Sequence record: SRR20825010_2222
DNA length: 64,000 nt
Strand: one strand, 5' to 3'
Shown: piece after piece, positions 9,341 through 19,768 of the stretch
Layout of the letters: the number at the start of each line of letters is the position of its first letter
Numbering within the stretch: the first letter of the stretch is position 1
Notes under the pieces: model-generated
Database searches by the model: none
Told to the model about the DNA's origin: nothing
Seen by the model: only the letters and a program-made list of their open reading frames with translations
Translations under genes and position numbers: made by a program

Positions 9341-10333
9341 TTAGTTCTTGGCCAGGTTTCTTAGCGCCACCCATTGTTTAAGCATTTCCCTGGAATCCGT
9401 AGCCGGATAACCCAGTACGGTTTTTCCGGGAAGCACGTCATTCATCACCCCGGAACCTGCCCCTACAACAGCACCAGAATTAATGGTAGTATGGTCTTTA
9501 ATGGAAGCACTCCCTCCTATTATTACACCATCGCCCAGGGTTACGGAACCGGCCAAACCACTGTGCCCTGCCATAATACAGGATCGTCCCAATACACAAT
9601 TATGTGCTATTTGGACCAAATTGTCGATCTTACACCCATCACCTACGATTGTGGAGCTGAATTTTCCACGGTCAACACAGGAATTGGCCCCAATTTCAAC
9701 ATAATTGCCGATTACAACATTCCCTATTTGGGGTATTTTCACCAAACCTCTACCGTCCTCACTTGGTCTATAGCCAAACCCATCCGCCCCAATACTAACA
9801 TTGGTATGGAAAATACAATTATTCCCAATAATGCTACGCTCCCTAATAACGGTGCCCGACCAAACTACGGTATGATGACCAACAGTACTCTCATCAAAAA
9901 TGGTCACGTTGGGATAAAGGATTACCCCATCTCCCAAAACTACATTTTTACCCACATAACTGCCTGCTCCAATCTTACAACCTTTACCCAAAACTGCAGT
10001 TTCGTGAACAGTAGCCTTAGGGTGTATTTCTTCCAATAATTCAGGTGGCTCCGGCTGAAAAGCCTCTAGCAATTTGGCCATGGCCAAGTCGGCATTTGCC
10101 ACCTTGACAAAAGCCCTATCCGCACCAGGAAGCATTTTCACGGCATTGGACACTATAGCGGCACTGGCGCCGCTAGAATCCCATTGTCGCGCATATTTAT
10201 TACTGGAAATAAATGTAATTTGCTGATCTTTGGCCCTGTCTATTTGTTCGGCACCAATAATTGGCTTATTATATTCCCCAATGAGCTCCCCATTCAAAAG
10301 CTCACTTATTTCTGTAACTGTAAATGATTTCAT
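9341..10333 (-). CDS. lpxD: UDP-3-O-acylglucosamine N-acyltransferase (LpxD family)
   Basis: Hexapeptide repeats, IGADGFG and KIDNLVQIAHN motifs. Confidence 0.88.
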   Translation of the reverse strand: MKSFTVTEISELLNGELIGEYNKPIIGAEQIDRAKDQQITFISSNKYARQWDSSGASAAIVSNAVKMLPGADRAFVKVANADLAMAKLLEAFQPEPPELLEEIHPKATVHETAVLGKGCKIGAGSYVGKNVVLGDGVILYPNVTIFDESTVGHHTVVWSGTVIRERSIIGNNCIFHTNVSIGADGFGYRPSEDGRGLVKIPQIGNVVIGNYVEIGANSCVDRGKFSSTIVGDGCKIDNLVQIAHNCVLGRSCIMAGHSGLAGSVTLGDGVIIGGSASIKDHTTINSGAVVGAGSGVMNDVLPGKTVLGYPATDSREMLKQWVALRNLAKN

Positions 10334-10520
10334 TTAATGTTTTTGTTATTGTTTTATTGCTATAACATTGATTAATTTCCTGCCAAATATTTAAATATAG
10401 CGTTAAATATCAAACTATATTGTTAATTTTCTGCTTCGCAGGCTTACAAAATAAATTTTATTGATAGGTGGTATTGATTTTTTTGTCCCCTGAAAATTAC
10501 TCTGCTTCCATTCTTCCCAA

Positions 10521-10736
10521 CTATTTCCTTAGCGATTTTATGTACAATTGTTCCACCTTTTCACGTGCCCAAGGAGTCCGTCTTAAAAATTTTAAACTGG
10601 ATTTAACGGAGGGGTCATGAGTAAAGCATCGAATATTGATTCTTGCACCCATTTCCTCCCACCCATATTGGGCCACCAACGAGTCTAATATAGCGGCCAA
10701 GGTAATGCCATGCAAAGGATCCTTACTGGTATTCAT
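10521..10736 (-). CDS. VF530/DUF2132 family small protein
   Basis: DPLHGITL and SSLKFLRRTPWAREKVE motifs. Confidence 0.85.
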   Translation of the reverse strand: MNTSKDPLHGITLAAILDSLVAQYGWEEMGARINIRCFTHDPSVKSSLKFLRRTPWAREKVEQLYIKSLRK

Positions 10737-10789
10737 ATTAAGTAAATTGTTAAGTAGAATGTACTATAGTTTTCATTAACAACTAAATA

Positions 10790-12148
10790 CTATTTTCTTT
10801 TTTTATTTTTCTTGGCGAAATTTTTATCTCCTCTTGTAATTGGCTTTTTATATTTTTTTGCAATTTCCCTTTTATAGGATCCACCTTGGTTTATCTTTTT
10901 ATTCTTTTCCGCTTTCTCATGAAATGCGGCCCCACGGGCCTCCAGTTCGGCCGCACTCACAGGATTGTTGTGTTCCAAGTTTTTGGGTCGCTCCTCTGGT
11001 GCCAATTCCTCGGATATCTTTACCTCCTGCGGAAACTCCAACAACGGAATTTGATAATCCATTAATTTCTCTATTGCGTTTTTAAACTCCTCCTCTTTCT
11101 CTGTGTACAACAACAAGGAGTTTCCTTTTTTCTCCGCTCTTCCCGTCCTACCTATACGGTGCATATAGTTCTCAGGATATGTAGGGGTGTCAAAATTGAT
11201 AACATGTGTAATTTGTTCCAAGTCCAAACCTCTGGACATTACATCGGTAGAAACCAATATCCTATTTTTTCCTTCATCGAATTGCTTGATGGACCTAATT
11301 CTATAATTCTGTGTTTTATTGGAATGGATTATCGCTGCCTCATCGCCAAAATCTCCCTTAAGGGCCTCAAACAACCTATCGGCACTTCTCTTATTGGAAA
11401 CAAAAATCAACACCTTTTTATAAATGGTCTTATCTTTCAAAAGAAAGGCCAAAAGGTTTACCTTGGTGTAATAGTTTTGAACGGCATAGGCAACTTGCTC
11501 AATATTTTCCAATGGGGTCCCACTAACGGCAATCGATATTTTTACCGGCCCAATAAAAAAGTCCTCTATCAATTTGGAAACCTCCTCTGTCATAGTAGCA
11601 GAAAACATGATGTTCTGTCTTCTCTGTGGCATTAGTTCAAAAATATTGGTAATCTGAAAACGAAAACCTAGATCCAACATAACATCGACCTCATCGATCA
11701 CCAATTTCTTGACATCCCTAAGCTTAACGGTCCTATCCAATGTAAGATCATACAATCTACCTGGGGTAGCCACCAGGATATCACATCCTTGGGCTACTGC
11801 CTGCCGCTGGGTATTTATATTTGCCCCGCCATAAATACCGCAAACTCTAACGGTCATATATTTGGAATATGCTTCAATATTGGCAACCACCTGCAACACC
11901 AGTTCCCTTGTAGGCACCAATATCAGTATTCTGGGGTTAATTTGTTTCGAAAATTTCAACTCCTGTAAAAGCGGCAACATATAGGCAAAAGTTTTCCCCG
12001 TGCCTGTTTGTGCAATCCCTACTATATCTTTACCTGACATGATTACGGAAAAGGCCTCTTGCTGAATGGGAGTCGGGACTGAAAAGCCCAAATCCTCTAT
12101 TGCATAATGTAATTGTTTAGATATATTAAAATCCGAAAAAGTACTCAT
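10790..12148 (-). CDS. DEAD-box RNA helicase
   Basis: Q motif, AQTGTGKT, DEVD, SAT, HRIGRTGR; basic C-terminal tail. Confidence 0.93.
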   Translation of the reverse strand: MSTFSDFNISKQLHYAIEDLGFSVPTPIQQEAFSVIMSGKDIVGIAQTGTGKTFAYMLPLLQELKFSKQINPRILILVPTRELVLQVVANIEAYSKYMTVRVCGIYGGANINTQRQAVAQGCDILVATPGRLYDLTLDRTVKLRDVKKLVIDEVDVMLDLGFRFQITNIFELMPQRRQNIMFSATMTEEVSKLIEDFFIGPVKISIAVSGTPLENIEQVAYAVQNYYTKVNLLAFLLKDKTIYKKVLIFVSNKRSADRLFEALKGDFGDEAAIIHSNKTQNYRIRSIKQFDEGKNRILVSTDVMSRGLDLEQITHVINFDTPTYPENYMHRIGRTGRAEKKGNSLLLYTEKEEEFKNAIEKLMDYQIPLLEFPQEVKISEELAPEERPKNLEHNNPVSAAELEARGAAFHEKAEKNKKINQGGSYKREIAKKYKKPITRGDKNFAKKNKKRK

Positions 12149-12318
12149 TCCCAATATTTTTGGACAAAGGTAGAGTTTATAATCTTCATATTTGCCGTTC
12201 CCACCTTAGTTGACCATAATCATTGGATAAAATGGATTCTTAATTAAAACCTAATTCTCGAGTTTAACTTTGGGATAATTATTATTTTGAACCCCAAGAA
12301 CAATCCAAAATCTTAAAT

Positions 12319-13869
12319 ATGAAAAAGGCGTACTTACTATTGGCCCTACATTTATTTTGTTTTACCCATGCCAGCTTTACCCAAACTACAGATAAAATTG
12401 TATCCCAAATAGTGTCCGAAGTCTATGGAAATTCGCAACTGGAAACCTTGGGGCATGAATTACTGGATGTCATTGGCCCTAGACTGGTAGGCACACCACA
12501 GATGCAACAGGCCCATGATTGGGCACTTACCAAATACACCAACTGGGGAATTGCCGCCAAAAACGAACAATGGGGCCAATGGAGGGGCTGGGAACGGGGA
12601 ATAACACATATAGACATGGTCTCACCAAGAATACAAACCTTAAAGGGAACGCAATTGGCATGGAGCCCAAGCACTGGGCGCAAAGGTATTAGTGCAGAAC
12701 TAATGGTTTTGCCCACAGTTGCGGATTCGGCGGAATTCAATAAATGGCTACCAAGCGTTAAAGGCAAGATGGTAATGATCTCCATGAAGGAGCCTACCGG
12801 GAGACCGGATTATAACTGGGAAGAATTTGCAACTCCGGAGTTCTATGATAAAATGAAAAAAAATAGGGAGGTCCAAGAAAATGAATGGTCAAAAAATATG
12901 CAACGCATAGGATATAACAGGTTGTCACTACCACTTGCCCTGGAAAAAGCTGGAGCTGTGGGAATAGTTAGTTCTTATTGGTCCAAAGGTTTTGGGGCGA
13001 ACAAAATTTTTGGTGCGAATACGGACAAAATACCCATTATAGATTTGGAATTGGAAGACTACACCATGCTATACAGATTGGTAGAGCATGGCAATCATCC
13101 CAAAATAAAAATTTTGGCGGAGTCCAAGGAGCTCGGTGCCGTCCCTACCTTTAACACCATAGCAGAGATAAAAGGTTCGGAAAAACCCGATGAATATGTT
13201 ATTCTATCGGCACATTTTGATTCTTGGGATGGCGGGACGGGGGCCACGGACAACGGAACCGGCACCTTGGTCATGATGGAAACCATGCGGATACTTAAAA
13301 AATTATACCCCAATCCCAAAAGAACCATTTTGGTTGGCCATTGGGGAAGCGAAGAGCAGGGACTGAACGGTTCTAGGGCCTATGTAGAGGATCATCCTGA
13401 AATAGTGGGCCAAGTGCAAGCTGTTTTTAATCAGGATAATGGAACCGGGAGAGTGGTGCAAATATCCGGAGGCGGGTTCGCCAAATCCTATGATTACATT
13501 CCAAGATGGCTGTCCGCCGTACCGGATGAAATAACCCAACATATAGAGACCACATTTCCTGGAATGCCGGCAGGCGGAGGATCGGATAACGCCTCGTTTA
13601 TCGCCGCGGGAGCCCCAGCCTTTTTTCTTAGTTCCTTAAACTGGTCTTATTGGAACTATACCTGGCACACCAATAGGGATACCTATGACAAGATTGTTTT
13701 TGACGATCTAAAGAACAATGTAATCCTTACAGCAATATTAACTTATATGGCTAGTGAAGACCCGGAAACGGCTTCTAGGGAAAAAAGAATATTACCGGTT
13801 GATCCTAAAACGGGGGAAGAATCCATTTGGCCCACTCCGCGTTCCCCAGAAAGGAAAGGAGGATTGTAA
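12319..13869 (+). CDS. Secreted M28 family metallopeptidase (carboxypeptidase Q-like)
   Basis: Signal peptide; AHFDSWD, GATDNGTG, EEQGL and WHT zinc-ligand motifs. Confidence 0.88.
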   Translation: MKKAYLLLALHLFCFTHASFTQTTDKIVSQIVSEVYGNSQLETLGHELLDVIGPRLVGTPQMQQAHDWALTKYTNWGIAAKNEQWGQWRGWERGITHIDMVSPRIQTLKGTQLAWSPSTGRKGISAELMVLPTVADSAEFNKWLPSVKGKMVMISMKEPTGRPDYNWEEFATPEFYDKMKKNREVQENEWSKNMQRIGYNRLSLPLALEKAGAVGIVSSYWSKGFGANKIFGANTDKIPIIDLELEDYTMLYRLVEHGNHPKIKILAESKELGAVPTFNTIAEIKGSEKPDEYVILSAHFDSWDGGTGATDNGTGTLVMMETMRILKKLYPNPKRTILVGHWGSEEQGLNGSRAYVEDHPEIVGQVQAVFNQDNGTGRVVQISGGGFAKSYDYIPRWLSAVPDEITQHIETTFPGMPAGGGSDNASFIAAGAPAFFLSSLNWSYWNYTWHTNRDTYDKIVFDDLKNNVILTAILTYMASEDPETASREKRILPVDPKTGEESIWPTPRSPERKGGL

Positions 13870-13976
13870 GAATTTACCATAAATTTCCCTTGGGTTTAAT
13901 AAAAATAAAGACTAACTTAAATTCCAGAATTTATACCAGATCTTACTTAGGTCTGTTAACTTAAAAACAATTAAAT

Positions 13977-14279
13977 ATGACTATCAATTTTGTATATGAT
14001 GATGTAAAAGCCAGTGCCCGTTTAGAAGAATTGGCCACCAAAAAGTTGGAAAAACTTGAAGACAAATATGATTTTATAGTGCGTGCCGATGTTTTCTTTA
14101 AAAAAGAGAATACTTCCTCACCAAATACCGGGTTGATATGCAATATAAGGCTTAGTGCCCCAGGCCCTAGATTATTTGCGGAGTCCACCAACTCCAAATT
14201 TGAAGTTTCCATCGCCGCTTCTGTAGATGAACTTGAACGACAATTGGAGAAAAGAAAAGGAAAAATGAAAACCCACTAA
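13977..14279 (+). CDS. hpf: Ribosome hibernation factor HPF/RaiA
   Basis: 100 aa; KKLEKL..Y, PGPRLFAE and LERQL.K.K pattern. Confidence 0.85.
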   Translation: MTINFVYDDVKASARLEELATKKLEKLEDKYDFIVRADVFFKKENTSSPNTGLICNIRLSAPGPRLFAESTNSKFEVSIAASVDELERQLEKRKGKMKTH

Positions 14280-14304
14280 CCTAAAGTTCAGAAATCGGAA
14301 TACT

Positions 14305-14342
14305 AAAAATGCCCCAGAAGTGAATCCTACTGGGGCATTTTT
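14305..14342. terminator. Bidirectional terminator
   Basis: AAAAATGCCCCAG..CTGGGGCATTTTT between convergent genes. Confidence 0.85.
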
Positions 14343-14382
14343 ATTGGCCAATATTGGAAATATAAACAAAGGTTCCCATTTC

Positions 14383-14730
14383 TCAATCGTCTTCTTCCTC
14401 AAATTTAGTGTCGGCCAAGGTTTTCATCAATCGGTCGGAGAACGGATTTTTGTACAAATCCCTCATTAATTTTTTTCTTTTGCGATCCGAAATGTCCAAA
14501 GTATCCAAAATATCTTTTCTTCTTCTGGCCTCAACAATCCTCTTTTTCTTCAAAGCCATCCGATCATCGGCAGACAATATCATGTCTGGCTCATACTTTT
14601 CCAGTACCGTCCATTTTTCCACTTTCAGCTTTTTGCCCAATGTGTCACTCCCTTTGGATTGTGCATAGCCGTCCATCAAAAAAAAACCCATAACAAGCAC
14701 AATGACAGCGCTGTATATATCTTTAATCAT
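14383..14730 (-). CDS. Hypothetical secreted basic protein
   Basis: Signal-peptide-like N-terminus ending GYAQ; charged helical body. Confidence 0.7.
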   Translation of the reverse strand: MIKDIYSAVIVLVMGFFLMDGYAQSKGSDTLGKKLKVEKWTVLEKYEPDMILSADDRMALKKKRIVEARRRKDILDTLDISDRKRKKLMRDLYKNPFSDRLMKTLADTKFEEEDD

Positions 14731-14976
14731 GTTTCATAAAAAGTGTCTGCTTAAAGTTATAACATTTTATTCATCCTTCCACGCCTTAAATCCAGCCCAG
14801 ACATACAGTATATCGTGTTTTATAACCTTCTATCGATTATCTATATGTGTTCAATGTTCCAACAGCCTCAAAATCCAACAAAATACACTACTCCATACCC
14901 GAAAAAAGAATGTTACCGGTTCCCACTTGTGATTTAAAAATGATACTTACATTTGTGCCTTTAAATACGATAGTTT

Positions 14977-15930
14977 ATGTTAGTTTGGGGCTCTTTTATT
15001 GGTCTGATAATCATTTTTTTGGCACTGGATCTAGGTGTTTTTCACAAACATGAACATGTAATAAAATCCAAGGAAGCAGGAATATGGACCGCCATATGGG
15101 TTACCGTGGCCCTTAGCTTTAGTGGGGTTATATATTGGTTGTTCTCCAATAATATCCTTGACAATCCTACTGGATTGGCCCCTAACGAAGCTGTTTTAAA
15201 GTACATCACCGGTTATCTTATTGAACTGTCGCTAAGCGTAGACAATGTCTTTGTAATTGCCGTAATATTTAGCGCTTTTAAGATTCCTGCCATTTATCAG
15301 CACAGGGTATTGTTCTGGGGCATATTGGGAGCAATTGTTTTCAGGGCCTTAATGATCATTTTTGGAGTGGCCCTAATTAATAAATTTGATTGGATCATTT
15401 ATGTCTTTGGTGTATTCTTGCTATACACCGCCTTTAAAATGCTGAAATCGGACAATAGTGAATTTGATCCCAAAAAATCCTTCGTGTTTAAAAGGTTAAA
15501 AAAGATTTACCCCATAACGGCAACCATAAAGGGCCACGACTTTTTTGTAAAGCGCATGGGAGTGACGGCCGCTACACCACTTTTTGTTGCGCTGGTAGTA
15601 ATTGAACTTACGGACATTCTTTTCGCACTGGACAGCATCCCTGCTATTTTGGCCATTACTGCCGACCCCTTTATAGTTTTTAGTTCCAATATTTTAGCCA
15701 TATTGGGCCTGAGATCCATGTATTTCCTCATTTCCAGAATGCTGGAAAAATTCAGGTATATTAACTATAGCCTGGTAGTGATTTTAGCTTTTGTAGGTTT
15801 AAAAATGTTGTTCTCCCATCATATCGAAATCCCAGAGTGGGTTTCCCTTACGGTGATATCAGTATCCTTGGTGGGGGGAATAATTTCCTCACTGCTCATC
15901 TCTGAAGAAAAAGATAAGGAAAAAAGCTAA
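14977..15930 (+). CDS. TerC/Alx family metal homeostasis membrane protein
   Basis: ELSLSVDNVFV and DILFALDSIPA motifs; TACATTTG -7 element at 14948-14955. Confidence 0.92.
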   Translation: MLVWGSFIGLIIIFLALDLGVFHKHEHVIKSKEAGIWTAIWVTVALSFSGVIYWLFSNNILDNPTGLAPNEAVLKYITGYLIELSLSVDNVFVIAVIFSAFKIPAIYQHRVLFWGILGAIVFRALMIIFGVALINKFDWIIYVFGVFLLYTAFKMLKSDNSEFDPKKSFVFKRLKKIYPITATIKGHDFFVKRMGVTAATPLFVALVVIELTDILFALDSIPAILAITADPFIVFSSNILAILGLRSMYFLISRMLEKFRYINYSLVVILAFVGLKMLFSHHIEIPEWVSLTVISVSLVGGIISSLLISEEKDKEKS

Positions 15931-16188
15931 TTATTTCTTATCCTGTAATTTTTGAGTAATAATATTCAGGGCGTCCCTTACGGTATGCATTTTGTCCATA
16001 TCCTCATTTTCCAAACGTATCCCAAATGCATCCTCTACATCCAGGACAATATCAACCAAATTGGCCGAATTGATGTTGAGTTCTTTGACAAAATTACTGT
16101 CTTCCCCAATGGCGCCTATAGGAACATCTTCAGGAAGATAAGTCTTAACGATATCCTTCAGTTGCACAAAATGTTGATCATTCCCCAT
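15931..16188 (-). CDS. Acyl carrier protein (PKS-cluster associated)
   Basis: 85 aa acidic; ELNINSANLVDIVLDVEDAFGI; last gene of the KS operon. Confidence 0.88.
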   Translation of the reverse strand: MGNDQHFVQLKDIVKTYLPEDVPIGAIGEDSNFVKELNINSANLVDIVLDVEDAFGIRLENEDMDKMHTVRDALNIITQKLQDKK

Positions 16189-16190
16189 TG

Positions 16191-17468
16191 TTACATTTCT
16201 TTATAGTCATTAAAGATAACACAGGCATTTACATCTCCAAATCCAAAACTTGCTTTTGCCACTATTTTAGGTTTATGGGAAGTTGTTTTCATGGGTATTC
16301 TCGAAGCATCAACCAATTCTAGGATCTCGGGATGAAGGTCTTGACAGTTTCTATTCCCAAATACCAATCCCTCTCGGTATTGTAGCAGGGAAGCTATACA
16401 TTCCACACTGCCCGAAGCGGCCAGACAATGTCCTACCAGCCCCTTTGTAGCGTTTATATAGGGAAAATCCTTGCCCGCGCGCCCCAAGGCCTTGCTCCAA
16501 TTTCTAATTTCTTCGGCATCTTTTGATGTTGCCGTTAAATGCCCATTAATAACATCAACTTCAGATTTTTCTACCCCTGCATCCTTCAATGCCTCCAGTA
16601 TACATCTCTGTACTGCCTGACTATTAGGAGCCGTCATACTGCCTACACCTCGCTGCCCACCACTATTGATTGCTCCTCCCAAGACCTCCGCATATATCCG
16701 GGCCCCTCTCTTTAATGCGCTGTCCAATGACTCCAACACCATGGCTCCTGCCCCACTTCCCGGAACAAAACCAGAGGCACTGGCACTCATTGGCCTACTG
16801 GCCTCATCCGGATTGTCGTTGTAACTGGAGGGAAGTATACGCATAGCATCAAATCCACCCCAAATATACGGTCCGCTGTCGTTACAACTCCCTACCAACA
16901 TCCTTTCTGCCTTTCCCGCCCTTATCCGCTCCATTCCCATAATTACTCCTTCAGTGCCCGTTGCACATGCCGAAGAATTTGTAGTAACCTGATTCCCACA
17001 TCCCAAAATTCCACCGAGATAAGCACTTATGCCACTGGCCATAGTCTGCATTACGGAATTACTGCCCAAACGGCGGGTATTATTATCATCTATTAATTGG
17101 ATGGATTCCCTTAGCTTGTCTATTCCCAAAATTCCAGTTCCAAAAATAATTCCGCTGTCCCAATCAGGTTGATCCTTATTTGCCTTGTCCAGACCTGCAT
17201 CCATCCAGGCATCCGTTCCGGCCATGACACCGTAAACAATACCGCTTGAGTTTAGACCCTTTAATTGTAATGGGGTAAAATAAGATTCCTTTAAACTTTC
17301 CGATATTTCTGGTTTTCCTGCTATTTGACATCCAAAACCCAAGTCGGCCAATTCCTGATGAAAAGTAATTCCGCTTCTGCCAGTTAGCATTGCATCACAA
17401 AAATTGCCCAGGCCTACCCCGTTAGGAGCACATATACCAAGTCCGGTTACAACTACCCGCCTACTCAT
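16191..17468 (-). CDS. Beta-ketoacyl-ACP synthase (FabF-like)
   Basis: SSACATG, NGHLTAT and KGLVGH give a Cys-His-His triad; ATG 17468 overlaps the upstream stop (ATGA). Confidence 0.9.
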   Translation of the reverse strand: MSRRVVVTGLGICAPNGVGLGNFCDAMLTGRSGITFHQELADLGFGCQIAGKPEISESLKESYFTPLQLKGLNSSGIVYGVMAGTDAWMDAGLDKANKDQPDWDSGIIFGTGILGIDKLRESIQLIDDNNTRRLGSNSVMQTMASGISAYLGGILGCGNQVTTNSSACATGTEGVIMGMERIRAGKAERMLVGSCNDSGPYIWGGFDAMRILPSSYNDNPDEASRPMSASASGFVPGSGAGAMVLESLDSALKRGARIYAEVLGGAINSGGQRGVGSMTAPNSQAVQRCILEALKDAGVEKSEVDVINGHLTATSKDAEEIRNWSKALGRAGKDFPYINATKGLVGHCLAASGSVECIASLLQYREGLVFGNRNCQDLHPEILELVDASRIPMKTTSHKPKIVAKASFGFGDVNACVIFNDYKEM

Positions 17469-17914
17469 ATATTGCTGTTTTTTATCATCCCGGACAAAAC
17501 ACCCTTGCAAACCAACTGGCCTTCCTGGTTGTACATTTTAACCTCACATTTTAATTTATTAAAGCGAAAGAAAAGCTTGTTCGCTTTTACGGTTACGGTC
17601 TCTAAAGGAAAGACCGGCAACAAAAATTGCATCTCGGTACTGCTCAAAGCCACCTGGAAATCTCTTGCTTCCAATTCTTCCGCATGTAGCAAGTGAATGC
17701 CCAAGCACACCAATCCGATCTGTGCACAACATTCTGTAAGGATTACCCCAGGTGTAACGGGCCGCTCCTTGAAATGCCCTTTATAAAAGAATTCATCCTT
17801 TTTAAAAGTGTAGCAACCTTCAATGGCATTGGCACTCACCATATTAATCCTATCAACGAATAAAAAGGGATAGGTATAAGGTAATTTATTTATTATATCA
17901 TTTATAATAAGCAT
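17465..17914 (-). CDS. FabZ-like 3-hydroxyacyl-ACP dehydratase
   Basis: LPY..PFLFVD and GHF..PVTPGVILTE hotdog motifs. Confidence 0.88.
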   Translation of the reverse strand: MLIINDIINKLPYTYPFLFVDRINMVSANAIEGCYTFKKDEFFYKGHFKERPVTPGVILTECCAQIGLVCLGIHLLHAEELEARDFQVALSSTEMQFLLPVFPLETVTVKANKLFFRFNKLKCEVKMYNQEGQLVCKGVLSGMIKNSNI

Positions 17915-17994
17915 TTAACAATCCTTTATTTCAATTAATACTTTAAACATATAAGTTGAAGCAATACCCAATACTTTTAAAATTTTTGGCTCTA

Positions 17995-19050
17995 TTACCA
18001 TTGCAGTAAAATACGTTGGGCAGAGAATCCGGGGCCAAAACTCAACAATAGACCCTGATCCCCTTTAGGGATATCCTTTTCCATAAATCGCTCTAAAACA
18101 TAAAGCACCGTGGCGCTGCTCATATTACCATATAAACGCAGTGTTTCCCGGGTATCCTCCAAATTCTTGCCCAATGCACCAAACAAATCCTCCACTGTCT
18201 CTACAATTTTCTTTCCTCCCGGATGAAAAATTAAATGATCCACTTTTTCAATACTACTACCATACCTCCTTAAAAATGGATGGATGATTTCTGGGAAATG
18301 TTCAAAAATCGTCTGGGGCACCAAGGGATCCAGAATCATTTTTAAACCCGAATTGGTTAAATCGAAACCCATCATTTGTGTAGCATTGGGAAAGTGATAC
18401 ATTTCCTCCCCAACAATTCTTGGCCCTTTGGCGCCCTTTTCAGAAGACACCAAAACACAGGCAGCGCCATCACCAAAAATAGCGGCGCTTACCATATTTG
18501 CCATGGAATAGTCATTGAGCTGAAAAGTTGCAGTTGGACTTTCAACAGCCACAATGGCCGCCCTCTTTCCTGGGTTGGATCTCAAAAAATTACTGGCATA
18601 TATTAAACCTGAAACACCTGCTGCGCAGCCCATCTCCGTAACGGGTAATCGCACAATATCTTTCCTGAGGTCCAAATCATTAATAAGATAAGCATCCAAG
18701 GACGGAATCATAATTCCTGTGCAGCTAACAGTAATTATATAATCCAGGCTGTCTGCCGACCACCCACTTTTAACAAGTGCCTGTTGTAGAACAGTTCGTC
18801 CCAACTTCTTGACCTCACGGATATAGACATTGTTTTTATCTTCAAAAGAAGTAGCTTCAAAAACCTCTTCAGGGCTCATTATACTGTAGCGTTTGTCTAC
18901 AGCCGCCCCTTCAAAAATTTTAAGCACTTTACGCTGTAACCGATCATCCTGTCCGTACAGCCATTTCTTCACAAAAGGTAAAATATCCTTGGTGTTTCTA
19001 CTGTATTGTGGCAATGATTTGGTTACTGCAACTATCCTAGTCCCTTCCAT
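17995..19050 (-). CDS. Type III polyketide synthase
   Basis: MGCAAG, FHPGG and GNMSSA give a Cys-His-Asn triad; SFGPGF motif. Confidence 0.94.
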   Translation of the reverse strand: MEGTRIVAVTKSLPQYSRNTKDILPFVKKWLYGQDDRLQRKVLKIFEGAAVDKRYSIMSPEEVFEATSFEDKNNVYIREVKKLGRTVLQQALVKSGWSADSLDYIITVSCTGIMIPSLDAYLINDLDLRKDIVRLPVTEMGCAAGVSGLIYASNFLRSNPGKRAAIVAVESPTATFQLNDYSMANMVSAAIFGDGAACVLVSSEKGAKGPRIVGEEMYHFPNATQMMGFDLTNSGLKMILDPLVPQTIFEHFPEIIHPFLRRYGSSIEKVDHLIFHPGGKKIVETVEDLFGALGKNLEDTRETLRLYGNMSSATVLYVLERFMEKDIPKGDQGLLLSFGPGFSAQRILLQW

Positions 19051-19768
19051 ACGGCAACTGTTTTCCCTTTATTCTCATTATCCATAGGTATCTAAATGCC
19101 CATCTCCAACAAATATCATGTTCCACATGGGGCAGATTAATGGAAAGATCTTCCAAATCCAATTTGGTAAACGCGCTTTTTATGGAAACCAAACCATCAT
19201 GTTTCGCAATCTTTGTTTTTATAAAAATAAGGCTAAACAGCTTAAAAAGATAATAGGAAACTTTACTTCTTTGCAAATCATTTATAACAATGCCCAATCT
19301 GCTCAGTTTTACAAATTGATCCAGAAAAAGAGGTATATCCTTAGAATCAAAATGATGCATGGTTAGCGTGCAAAGTAAAATATCACATTGTAGTTTTTTT
19401 GCTTCCGGCCCCAAAATATCCAATTCCAGGAACCTTATATTGGAATAGTCTTTAGAGTTTTCTTTGGCCAGCGCAATAGATTTCGAATTTAAATCTACCC
19501 CTATTAGATTTAGTTTTATAGGTTTGTTCCTGTAAAATGCGGCAACTTTAGCCAACATGGCCCCATCCCCACAACCCATATCCATAATTGTATAGGAATT
19601 TTGGGGATTTTCTTGAATTATTTTTTCAATAGCCCGTATGGAAAGGGAAAAACCTTGTAAAACGGTATTGACCCTATTTATGTCCGCATAAACTTTCTGC
19701 AACAAAAGGGTATCCAATAAAGGATCGTCCATAAGCTCTCTGCCGCAACTACGTCTTTTAAAATTCAT
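19037..19768 (-). CDS. Class I SAM-dependent methyltransferase
   Basis: DMGCGDG, ELMDD and INDLQR motifs; overlaps the PKS start. Confidence 0.88.
   Translation of the reverse strand: MNFKRRSCGRELMDDPLLDTLLLQKVYADINRVNTVLQGFSLSIRAIEKIIQENPQNSYTIMDMGCGDGAMLAKVAAFYRNKPIKLNLIGVDLNSKSIALAKENSKDYSNIRFLELDILGPEAKKLQCDILLCTLTMHHFDSKDIPLFLDQFVKLSRLGIVINDLQRSKVSYYLFKLFSLIFIKTKIAKHDGLVSIKSAFTKLDLEDLSINLPHVEHDICWRWAFRYLWIMRIKGKQLPYGRD

Noticed and set aside
14740-14976. yybP-ykoY manganese riboswitch expected upstream of terC/alx
   Set aside because: No conserved core seen, and a -7 promoter element lies only 21 nt before the ATG
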